Positions 51,254-64,000 of a DNA stretch of 64,000 nucleotides are shown here, one piece after another. Location: contig QPMI01000516.1 in the NCBI GenBank assembly GCA_004431415.1, positions 196,554-260,553 on the forward strand, read 5' to 3'. The first letter of the stretch is position 1; every line of letters starts with the position of its first letter. The notes under the pieces were generated by a model that saw only the letters and a list, made by a program, of their open reading frames with translations, did no database searches and had not been told where the DNA came from. The stretch is from Cyanophora paradoxa CCMP329. Taxonomy: Eukaryota; Plantae; Glaucophyta. The translations under genes were made by a program, and so were the position numbers.

Positions 51254-54200
51254 CTAGACGGCCGCCTGTTCCCCTGCGGCCGATCCCGCGCTGAGACGCT
51301 TCGACTCGCCGTCCACGACGTACAAAAAGCCGTCCTGAGCGCGGGCAGGCCGTGAGCGCGGGGCGCGGGGCGGGGCGGGGCGGGACGGGGCGGGGCGGGG
51401 CGGGGCCGCCGACCATGTCGGTGGCGGCCCAACTGACGACGTCGCCCCGCGCCCGCGAGCGGACGTGGCGGAAAGGCCACCGGAAGATCCGGAGCGGCGA
51501 GTCCGCCTGCGGGCGGGAGGGTTCGCACCCAGCGGCGCGGGGGGCGGGCACGGGCGGGCGGGAGTAAGGAAGGCCAGGCTGAGCGCACGTAAACGCGGGA
51601 GGAGGGCCGGTACTTCGTGTCCAGGTGGCGGAGCGTCAGGAGCTGGGGATAGGGGGAAGGGGGGGGTCAGGAAAGGGCGGGAGCCCGGAGCCTGGAGGGC
51701 GGGCGAACAAGGGGGGTGCGTACCATGACGCCGGGGGCGAGGCTCTCCTTGAAGCTCCTCTGGAGGTTCTGCGACGTCTCCTCCGGGAAGAGTACGTTGT
51801 TCATGAAGATTTTCGTGTACCTGGGGACGGCTCGGGGGGGGGGGGGGGGGGGGGCGGCGAAGGCGGGGAATCAGGCGTACCCCGCGAAGCTCGCCTGCTC
51901 GGCGTCCGCGCAGCTGAATTCGCACTGCCCCGCCTGGATGTTGTGCTCCGCCATCAGCTGCACCCGGGGAGGTCAGCGGTGGCGGCGGCGGCGGCGGGGC
52001 GGGGCGGAGCGGGCGCTGGCGGCGGCGGCGGCGGCGGCGGCGTACCCTGTTGAAGTGGGGTAGGACGTCCACAGAGATCTGGTGGAGGTCCTCGCGGATC
52101 TCGATGCCGACGGCGCGGCAGCCCACCATCGCAGCCACCTGAGCCGGCGTCAGGGCCGACGGCACACGGAGCTAGAGGGGGGTACACGCGCCTCGAAGAC
52201 GACGTTGCCCCAGCCGCAGCCGATGTCGAGGAAGACGTCGTCCTTCGTCAGCTTGAGCTCCTTGATGATCTGCCGGCGGGGCCGCGCGCCCCGTCGCCGG
52301 CCAACGCCCAGCGGCCGGGCGCTCGAGCGGCGGGCGCGGGGCGCACGATGCGGACGAAGGGGGATAGGACCTCGCCGTAGGTCGTCTTGGAGAAGGGCGT
52401 GTACTTGTTTACGACGCCGTAGTCCACTTTCGCCAGCTCGGTCTGCGGGCGCAGGGCGCGCGGCCGCGGGCCGGGGTCGATTCGGAGGACGCAGAGGGGG
52501 AAGGGGGCGCGGCGGGTCGGCTCAGAGGGGTACAGGGCGCACCGCCTCGGCGATCAGCTGCTTGATCTGCATCGGCCGCGCATAGGGCGGGCTGGGAGGG
52601 GCTGGCTCAGCGGGGCCGGGGGCGAGCGGCCGAGAGGCGCGCGCGGCGCACCGGCCCCATGCGCAGTCGTGGGGCAGCCTGGCGGATCGGATGTGGACCT
52701 TGGACGTGTCGGAGGGCGGGGGCTGGCCCCAGGCCCCGACGCGCCGCCAGGGCGTCGTCGGGGCGGAGCCGTGCGGGGGGTACGCGTCGGCCTCGTCCTC
52801 CGTCTCGGTACCCGACTCGTCCGAGCCCCGGTCCTCGTGGCGCCCGCCGCCCTCCGGATCCGACGCTCTACGCTTGCCCCTCGCCTTCTCGTAGCGTAGC
52901 GTAGAGCAAGCGAGGGGGCCGAGCCGGAGCCCGAGCTCCGCCAGCTTCGGCTCGGGCTCCGGCTCGGCCTCCTTCTTGATCCGCTTCGCCTTCTCGGGCT
53001 CGGGCTCGGGCTCGGGTTCCTTCGCCTCCTTGCGACGCTTCGCCTTGTCCAGCTCCGGCGGCTTCGAGGCGGTGCCCTTCGCCCCGTCGCGCCCCGCGTC
53101 GGCTCCGGCCTCGCCGGTCGGCCTCTGCGGCCGCCGCGGCCCGCGGGTTCGATGCTCGAAGGTCTCGAAAGGCCGCGACTTGTCCCCTCCATCTTTTCCT
53201 TTCCAGCCGCTCCAGAAAAGCAGCCTCTTCTGCTCTCGGGACATGCTGTTCCGTCCCTCGCTTGGGGGCTCCTCATCGCCAGAGGCCGTCGCTGGCTCCG
53301 CCGCCGCGGCCGCTGCTGACTCCGCCGCCGCGGCCGGCGCTGGCTCTGGCGCCGCGGTCGTCGCTGGCTCCGCCGCCGCGGCCGGCGCTGGCTCCGCCGC
53401 CGCGGCCGCTGCTGGCTCCGCCGCCGCGGCCTTCGCTGGCTCCTGCGCCGCCGCCGCCGCTGCTGGCTCCTGCGCCGCGGCCGGCGCTGGCTCTGGCGCC
53501 GCGGCCGTCGCTGGCTCCGGCGCCGCGGCCGGCGCTGGCTCCGCCGCCGCGGCCGCTGCTGGCTCCGCCGCCGCGCTCGCGCTCGCCGTGCTGGGGGCTC
53601 CGCCTTGGCCGGGCCCGCTGGGGCCTGCGGCTCCGCCGCTGGCGGGCTGGAGGAGGAGGCCGCGGCCGCCGCGCCCGCGCTCGCGGCGCGCGCCGCCAGG
53701 AGCCCCTCGAGGTCGGCAACCCGGCGTCGCAGCAGCTCGTTCTCGGCCTCGGCGTTGGATGCCCGGCCCTGAAGCTGCTCCGTCCGGCCCCGAAGCTGCG
53801 CGTTTTCGGCCTCGGCGGCGGCCGCCCGGCCCCGAAGCCGCTCGACCTCGGCCTCGGAGGCGGCAGCCCGGCACCTAAGCTGCTCGTTCTCGGCCCGCAG
53901 GTTCTCCATCTCGAGCACGAGAACGGACCCGCACCGGCACGGATCGGGGGCCTCCTCGGCGCCGTGACCGCTCGCCCCGCGCGCGCCGGCCCGGCCTGCT
54001 GGCGACTGCGCCTCAGGTGCCGACTCCACAGCCGTTGCTGGCGTGCCGAACAGAGGACAGAGCTCGCGGGGTTCCGCGGAGAGTGCAGCCGCGCGCGCAG
54101 CGCTCGGGCTCGCCGTGCTGGAGGGCTCCTCCTCGGCTGGCGTCGGTGTCGTCCGCGACCCCGTGTCTACGCTGCACTGGGAACCGAGCAAGAGAACTGG

Positions 54201-54305
54201 GCTGGACGGAGGGCTGTCCTGCACTCCGCTCGACATTGAGCTTGAATCCAATTCGCTCGCGCCCGGAGGCCGCTGGGCACTCGAGGAGGCCGGGGAACGC
54301 ATCAT
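51254..54305 (-). CDS. DOT1: DOT1-family histone H3K79 methyltransferase with a long low-complexity/coiled-coil N-terminus
   Basis: Exons YTPFSKTTYGE, IIKELKLTKDDVFLDIGCGWGNVVFE, VAAMVGCRAVGIEIR, KIFMNNVLF, DVVSW. These are the YGE, SAM-binding DxGxGxG, GIE, FxNN and VSW motifs of DOT1. Confidence 0.88.
53286..53575 (-). repeat. Coding minisatellite of 24-27-bp units encoding (A)AEPAAAAA
   Basis: About 11 units of gctggctccgccgccgcggcc(gct/ggc). Confidence 0.9.
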
Positions 54306-55905
54306 AGGAGCTGCGTACGCAACGCCTGGCGGTCAGGGACAGCGCGCGCGATGCCTAGCGGCCGCGAACCACCTGCACCTGCAAGAGAGAGCTGCGGTTT
54401 GTTCTCCGGAGGTTTATTGCAGGCGCTCTGCCGCTGCTCCGGAAGCGGCCCGTTCTTGTGAACGTTGACGATCTCCTCCAGCGGTGGACGCGGACCTTCC
54501 AGCTGCGGCCGCAATGATGTCAGATGTAGACATGCAGCATTCAACCGCGCGGCCGGTCGCGCACCCCGTGCATGCGCGGCGGTGGCGGCTGAGCCGGTTT
54601 GAAGGCTGCACGGCGGCTCGGGAACTAAGCTCTGCGTCGCGGCGTCAAGGGAAATCGACAGCAATGTAGCTAGCTCACAGAGATAGCGAGTTGAGGCCTG
54701 CGCGATGCAGGTGAACGAACCAAACTTTGAAAAGCTCCGCGCCGGGAGGACGCAGATGACGGCGCTCTCTAGCAGCTGCAAGCTGAAGGGTTTGGCGGAG
54801 CTGCAGCCGAGCTGAGAGGCCTGGAGGCGAGGAAGTGCGAAGGACTGCGACGGGTACACCAACTGCAGAGCTGCCTTCTGCAGCCGCGTACGCGTTTCCG
54901 CAGGCAGCGGCGGTCGTTCGAGCGATCCTTCAAGGCGCGCGCTCGGACTGCGCTGGACCTTGCTTCGAGCTGCGGTCGTTCTTCGCCGCAGCGCCGCAGC
55001 GCGCAGCGTGCGGCGTCGCAGCGGAGCGGCGTACGCGTGCAGCCTAAGCATCGGCGGCGCGGCTCAGCCACGGTGACCTTAAGACTTGATCGGCGCCTAC
55101 CTGCTTCGCGATCCGTGTGCTGCGGGCCCTGTCAGCGCTTTAGGATGCACCTGGTGCGTGCCTCACCTTGATCATGGATCAATCGATCGGATATCGCGTG
55201 GCCCTTCAGCTACATCAAAATCGCCGCGTCGCGCGCGGCTCATCGCTTAGCTTAGCGCCGCAGATCGCGCGGTGCGCCCTCCGGGAGCTAAGCCTCGCCC
55301 GGCGGCCCTATACAGGCCTCCGCGGCGGGGGCCCAGATCGACTCCTCAAAGACACAAGGCCTCCCGAGTCGACGTCCGGCCTCTGCCCGCCCCTCGCCTC
55401 TGCCCGCCCCTCTCCTCTGCCCGCCCCGCCCCGCGCCTCTCATCGATTTCCTCGCCAGGCGCTCCGCGGCTTCCGTCGGAGACCTACAATATCTTAGAGG
55501 TCATCGCCGACGCCCGAGAAAGATAGCCCGATCGCGATCGCGAGATGCCATGCCCAGGTGCACGTGCGGCCATGTCGCGTCTGGAGCTCCGCCCTGTCCG
55601 TCAGTCTGGCGCGCCTGGCTTAAGCTTGTTCGCGGTCGGCGCTCGCGATCGTGTCGCCGCGCCTCGGGTCCCTGTGTCTGATTATTGAGTTGCGAACGAC
55701 ACTGTACACGCTGCTGCTGCGCACTGCATGCCATGCCATGCCATGCCATGATGATGGCCAGCAACGCGGGGCGGAAGCATTCCTAGCCTAGCTATAGTTA
55801 CACCGCCTCTTAAGGGCTATATAGTACAAGGCTTAAGGCCGAAGCCACCGAGCGGCGCCAGGCCTAGGGCCGGGTGCCCGCGCCGGCACTGCGGCGCCCT
55901 CGAGC

Positions 55906-58477
<2,572 letters not shown>

Positions 58478-58706
58478 CTCAAATCAGCCCTGATCGTTCC
58501 TGCCAACGAGGCGACGGAGCGCGCCGCGCTGGCGACGGAGCGCGCCGCGCCGCGTCCTGCGTCTTTATACTGTGGCCGGGAGGAGACCGAATTGTGGAGC
58601 CGGGCTGAGAGCGATCTGCGCCTTGCAAAGAGTGCGAAGCAGCGGTTTCCGGTCGGTGATTAGGCCGGCGTGCGGACCGAGCAAGGCAGGTCGCTTAGCG
58701 CTCGTA

Positions 58707-60659
58707 CCCGTCCGCCAGAAAAAAGAACCACTCCTCTGCCGTTTCCAGCATGCCGCGGATCCCGCCCTCGCCGGCCTCTCCGGCCCTGTCCGTCGCCTCC
58801 ACAGCGTTCAGTTGGCCCTCCTTGCCGCGGACGCCGCTCCTGCCGCTCCGTTTCCCCCGCAAGTTCCCGACCATTCTCGCCCTCCCGTCCAACTTCCTGC
58901 AGCACGGCTCCTTCTTCCGCGCCCTCGACACCCCCACCATCACCTCCAAGAGTGTCTCGACGCTGCGCAGCGCGGTGGAGGATTCTTCGGCTGGGCGGCG
59001 CAAGCGGAGAGGCTGCCGCGGCGGGCGGAGGAAGCGGGCGGGCTGCCGGCGCTTCACTTCGAGGAGGCTTCCCGCGCATCTTCGGCGGTCTTATTCCGCG
59101 GCCCCGCGGCCATCTTCGCCTCCGTCAGTTCCCCCCACGCCTCTCCTGTCCACGTCTTCGTGGATCGAAAATTCGCACCCGCACGCTTGGACACAAGATG
59201 ACGGTTCGGGCATCGACTTCTCCGGCTCCTTCCTGGCCCCCGGCGCGCCCTTCATCGATGTCGCTGGTCTTCGGGGGGCGATTCATATGGACCCGTGAAC
59301 GCTTCGCCGTCCGTTGAGTGCGTGTTTGCAGTGAGTGTTCGTTTCCAGTCGACATTAGACGCTGATTAGGACCTGCTTGCTTCGGCAGACTCGCTTCTCG
59401 GTCGGTGAATCAGCCGCTCCTCCATCCTTCGTCGGCGGAGGCGGGCGGCAGCGTATGCCCCGGCTCGTGCAGTAGATAGTCGCGACTGTCCCCTCCAGGC
59501 CACAGAGATGGCCGGCGGGACGGCGGCACTCAAGGGTCGGAGGCGCACCTCGACCCTTCTCAGCACGCGTGAGGTACGGGCGTCCGGTGGCCCGTGTCGA
59601 GCCGTGGTGTCCTGCCGGTGTTCTTAAAGGACCCTGCCACTCGCAGCTTGTCTCACCGCGTGCGCGGCGGCGGCGACCTCGCGGTGAGGTGCCTGTAGGA
59701 TTGTATCGTGTTTTGGTTGTCTTATTTGATGCTCCATCTCTCTTGGCTGCTGCTTTACCGTACCTGGCACTCACCCGTTCCTTCGCGGCAGACTTCCGGA
59801 CTGCGGTCGACGGCCGCGGGTCGGGGTCGAGCTCGTTGGACGCTGCGGTTGCCGAGGATGCCTAGCGAAGCGGGCGGAGCGGGGCGGCGCGGGCGGGTCT
59901 CACGGGTTTAGATGCGCCCTTGGCGCCCGCGAGCGTTGACGGGGCTCGCTGGGGCGCGCAGCAGCTCGGTGGGGCTCCCCAAAGCGGTCCTGTAAGCTTC
60001 GGCTTGGCCTCGCTTTGGTAAGAGCGTCCCCCTGCCCCCGCTCGGTCGGGGCTGCTGTTCTCACACATGCACTTGAAGGGCACTCTTGCACTCTCCCCAC
60101 TCCGGCGTGGGCAGCACTTCTTCTGTCGCCCCCATGTGGACCGCGGCACTGTGGTCTCTAGTCGGCTGGCGCTTTCGCAGCTCGGGCGTGACCTGCTGCA
60201 GCTGCGCTATAGCTCTTAACAGGGGGATTGTCTAGCTTGCGCCTGGTCGCCCAGCTTATCTAGCTCTCTACTTGGCGTTTTGGGGAGATGAAGGACCGCC
60301 CTTGCTAGGCACCTAGAACCGCCCTTCGCGGGTTGGATGAGGGTCCGCCTTGAAGAGTCCTAGGAGCGTAGCTGCCGAGTCAGGGCCGACTGCGCATGCA
60401 CTGCTCACGAGTGGTCGTCGTCGTTGCCCCGCGGCGCTGTTTGGGCGCCCGGGGCTGTACTTGTTCGATCGAAGAGTCTGGCTGAACATGATCATGCAGA
60501 TGAGCGATTCGCACGGATCCCCGGAGCGACCCGATTGCCAGCAATTTGATCTCGCCGGCGGTCGCGCTTGTTTTAATTTCAAAGAACGCGCGGACCGGAG
60601 CGAGCTCGAGCTCGCCGCGGAGTTCGATCGAGCGACCCAGGGGGCAACTCACCGGCGGG
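58707..60659 (+). mobile_element. Copy B of the 1.9-kb CCC...GGG element, inverted relative to copy A
   Basis: Boundaries are gctcgta|cccgtcc and gcaactcaccggcggg|tactac. The interior is highly similar to copy A. Confidence 0.8.
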
Positions 60660-61118
60660 TACTACGGTACGTAGCGTTTGGAGCACGCTAGCTAGTATAG
60701 GCTACCTGTCCGACATCGCACGTACACTCAGCACGATAGGCCACCTGGCCCGGCGGCCTGAGGTTCGAGCGCTTGGATTCCTTCGTGCGCGTGCTGTCAT
60801 TCAAAGAGGCGTGCTTGCAGCTCGGCGGCGAAGGCAGCGAGGCTCGTGCATTCTAGGTGCTCTGCTCGTCGAGACCCGTACGCGGCCGCCGCGGTCTCAT
60901 GACGCGCCCGCCGCCGGCAGTCGGCTTCCTCGCAGACGGCCAGGCGTGCGTCCCCGCGAGCCGCCTCGTACCTGGGACGTCAGACGCGCGGTTCGTTTCA
61001 GCGGAGGCGGCCTGCAGCGCCGCATCACTGCACGCGCTCGGGGGCAGGAGCGTGAGGACTGCACGCGGGGCAGGAAGCTTAGCGCCTTTGCCGGACTCCA
61101 GCGCGGCGGACGTCGGCT

Positions 61119-61812
61119 ATGAAGAACGCAGCGGGCGTCAGGGAAGCGGAGCTTGCCATCGGCAGCGAAGCGCAGCGCGCGGAGCAGCTGACCGTCGGGC
61201 ACGTCATCCAGCGCGGCCTGCACCTCGGCCTCCTGGCGTACGAGGACCGCCTGGCAGGGCTCCGGGTCATGAGCAGCGCCATCCTTCGAAAGAACATCTT
61301 CGAGGTCCGCCGCGCCGCGCCGGGCGCCTGCGCCTGCGCCGGCGCCTGCGTCGCCCGCCGCCGGCGTCGCCCCCGGAGCTCTGAGTCGCGGCCCGTCGGC
61401 GGCTTCGCGCAGGCGTCCTTGCACCACGCGTCCAAGGCGCACTCTTCGGTCCGCGAAACGCTCGCGACCGTCCCGCCCCGGCCCCGCCGACGCCGCGCCC
61501 GCCCGCGCGCCCGCGCAGCCGGACCACGACGCGGTGCTGCTCCGCGCCGCCGAGAGCTCCGTCGGCGTCGCCGCGTTCTCGCCCGCCCTCGGCACGTCCA
61601 TCTACTTCGGCCTCATGAAGCTCGCCGAGCGCATCATGAAGCCCGAGACCCGTGCGCACGCACGCGCGCGAATCGAATTTAAAAGATCCAGTCACATGTC
61701 GTCTAGTCTAGCGCAATCTCTCACAGCGCAATCGAATTCCGCTCGTATCTCGCCTAACCTTCCCTTTCTCTCTCCCTTTCCCGCGCAGGTTGCACGACGC
61801 GGTCCACAGTAG
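61119..61812 (+). CDS. Hypothetical protein (about 3 exons; true start may be upstream)
   Basis: GC3-rich frames MKNAAG...LRKNIFE|gtccgc, ASLHHASK...LGTSIYFGLMKLAERIMKPET and cag|VARRGPQ*. Confidence 0.45.
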
Positions 61813-61829
61813 TCCAGGGCGCCCTCTTC

Positions 61830-63103
61830 TCGGCGTACTTTCTCTCGCTCCCCGCGCTCCAGCACGCCGCGACGTGCCTCATGGCCCTAAGGGACGAGCC
61901 CGCCTCCTCCGCCGCCCGCGCCGCGTGCGCGCCCCGTCCTGTCCTGTACCCCTAAAGCTGCGCATGCCGTACCCCTCCGCGGCCGACGTGCGCGGTACCC
62001 CAGGTTCGCGGATGCGTCCCCGGGGAGCAAGCTGCCGGAAGCGGCCCGCCGGCTCAGCGATCGCGTGGCCGCCGAGATCGTGCGCCGCCGTACCCCCTCT
62101 CTCGCCCTTTCCAGTACCCGGCCCTCCTGACGTCGATCGGCTTCGCGGCCAGGCTGCCCGCGCTTCCAAGGCCTAAAGCATTCATTTGCCAAGCGCTGAG
62201 CAGAGACTAAGTGGCGTCGCATTATTATTATTAAGAACATTAACACGCAGGGTGCCCGGGTATGTAGGGGCAGGCGTGGAAAGCCCGGGACGCGGGTGGA
62301 GGGGGGGCGGGGGAGGGGGGCCGGGGGCGGGGGCGGTGGCCGGGGGAGGGATAAGGGGGGGGGGGGGGGGGGATCCGAATTCAATTCCGGCGCCCAGGCC
62401 GCGGCGAGCCCAGAGATCTCTTGAGCGCACTGCTCCGAGCTGCGCATGCGCATGCACAGCACGATCAGCTGCAGCTGCAATCTCCGATTCGGAACTCGCC
62501 GAGTCGTACGTATTCACAGAAGCGTTCACAACGCGCCTGGAAGAGCTGGTTAACGTTCAGCATGCGCACGAGCACCGCGCTCTTGGCGAGGATGCGCAAG
62601 ATTGTCGGACGGTCGAGATCTACTAGGCTAGAGCGATCACGTGGATCGCGATCGCGCAAGGCGGGGCGGAGCTCGAGCTCGCCTCCCCAATGGTGGCGCG
62701 GGCAGGTCGTGGCGTAGGCCGCGGGCGGGAAGCCGGCGGCGCCGAACGTGGCGGAGAGGAGGCGGTGCCCGCCTCCCCGGACCTTCTTCGCCTCGCTGCC
62801 GCCGCCGCCGCCGCCGCCGCCGCCAGCGACGTCGACGTCGACGCCCGAAGGGCGCGCACGCGGCTGCGAGGCGCGGTCCCGGAGTCCAGCCGCGACGGCT
62901 CAGGATGCGTGACAAAAGAGAAAGCCACGGCCCGGCCGGGCGAGTCCTAAGAAAGCTAAGGATAAGGCTGAGATCTAGAAGGCCGGAGGGGAGGTTCAAG
63001 GCTAGGAAAAGAGAGATAAGAGAGCGAACGGGCGGCCCGGGGGGTCGGGAGGGTCGGGGAGGGGGGGGGGGGGAAGGTGGGTCGGAACCGAAGAAAGCGA
63101 CTC

Positions 63104-63142
<39 letters not shown>

Positions 63143-63800
63143 TTGCAATTGGCGAAGGTCCGTCCGCAGGGCCTCCGTCGCAAATCGCCGAAATTAAGCT
63201 CTGGGCCGTCACGTCCCGCCGCGTGGGTCGCGATCAAGTCGTGGCCGCGGGGGGTTACAAGAAAACGCCCGGGTTGTAGGGGTGGTGGGGCGCACCTTGA
63301 CGGACGTGATGCCCCCAACGAGGACGCGGCGGGGGGTACGAGGCGTGGAGGCGGAGGGGCCGACGGAGGAGCCGCGCGGGAGCGGAGGAGGAGGAGGACG
63401 AAGGGTTGCGCATGCGGGCCCCGCGGCCGGGCTGCCGCGTCGGCCCAGGCGAGCGCCCCCCCCTCCCCCCCCCCCCCCCCCCCCCCCCCCTCGCCTCGAC
63501 GCGGTATTGTACGCCGCCGATGACGACGGCGCGAGCTGCGCGGGCGGTGAGCGGTTAGCTCTGAGGGGGAAAGGGCCGCCCGCACCGCGGAGAGGGGTAC
63601 GCACGGTGGAGGAGGAGCGCCGGGTGATCATGAGGCGTGAGGCGTACCCGGGAGGCGGGCGTCTGGGGGCCGAGGGATTGCCTGAAGAGAGCTTGTTACC
63701 CCCGCCGCTCTGGTGGTACACGGGACCCCCGATCCTGCGGACGAACGGTCTCTCGAGGCCTAGGAGGGCGAGTGAGGGGGGGAAGCTAAGGGCGCCAGGC
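61830..63800 (-). CDS. Hypothetical multi-exon gene, possibly with a weak F-box-like segment; boundaries uncertain
   Basis: C-rich introns on the minus strand separate open blocks. SLVDLDRPTILRILAKSAVLVRMLNVNQLF lies at ~62540-62630. Confidence 0.3.
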
Positions 63801-64000
63801 GTGCCTGACGAGATTGTGGGATGCGGAGGGGCGGAGCGCCGTCCTGCGCTGCTGGCCGCGCGCGACGGGTGCAGCCGCGGTAGTGGCGGATGGTTTGTTG
63901 CAGAGGGAGCGGACCGGAGGGCGGCTGGGCGGCGGGATGAGGCCCGGGACCGCTACAGAGACCGCTACAGAGAGCTACCCTGAGTGCACAGAGGACGCAG

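Noticed and set aside
53286-53575. Regular repeat array resembling CRISPR
   Set aside because: The units are contiguous without unique spacers, are in-frame coding, and lie in a eukaryotic context with no cas genes.
54302-55530. 249-aa minus ORF and short plus ORFs between DOT1 and thiolase
   Set aside because: No motif and no consistent codon bias or exon chain, so a gene call cannot be supported.

Overview
This is a very GC-rich, extremely intron-dense eukaryotic window with short C-rich introns and many GC-AG donors. It most plausibly comes from a starch/glycogen-storing alga with a dnaK-bearing plastid, such as a glaucophyte (inference). Single-base frameshifts next to homopolymers are common and may be assembly errors. 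In order: (1) the 3' 6.5 kb of an L1-like non-LTR retrotransposon (RT thumb, RNase H, Zn-knuckle, an unusual C-terminal Ulp1/C48 SUMO-protease domain, poly-A); (2) a ~13 kb minus-strand gene for a huge secreted, probably GPI-anchored glycoprotein, with an 89-bp plastid dnaK fragment in one intron; (3) a degenerate bacterial-type GH2 gene; (4) a 2.5-kb poly-A retroposon with a 16-bp TSD; (5) an EF-hand-like gene carrying retroelement 3' ends; (6) a 15-kb gene for a GH13-like + GT5 glycogen/starch synthase + CBM48 fusion; (7) two inverted copies of a 1.9-kb CCC...GGG element at GTAC sites, bracketing a coiled-coil gene, a DOT1 methyltransferase and a thiolase; (8) hypothetical genes at the end. 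Gene models were read by eye, and coordinates are outer bounds.
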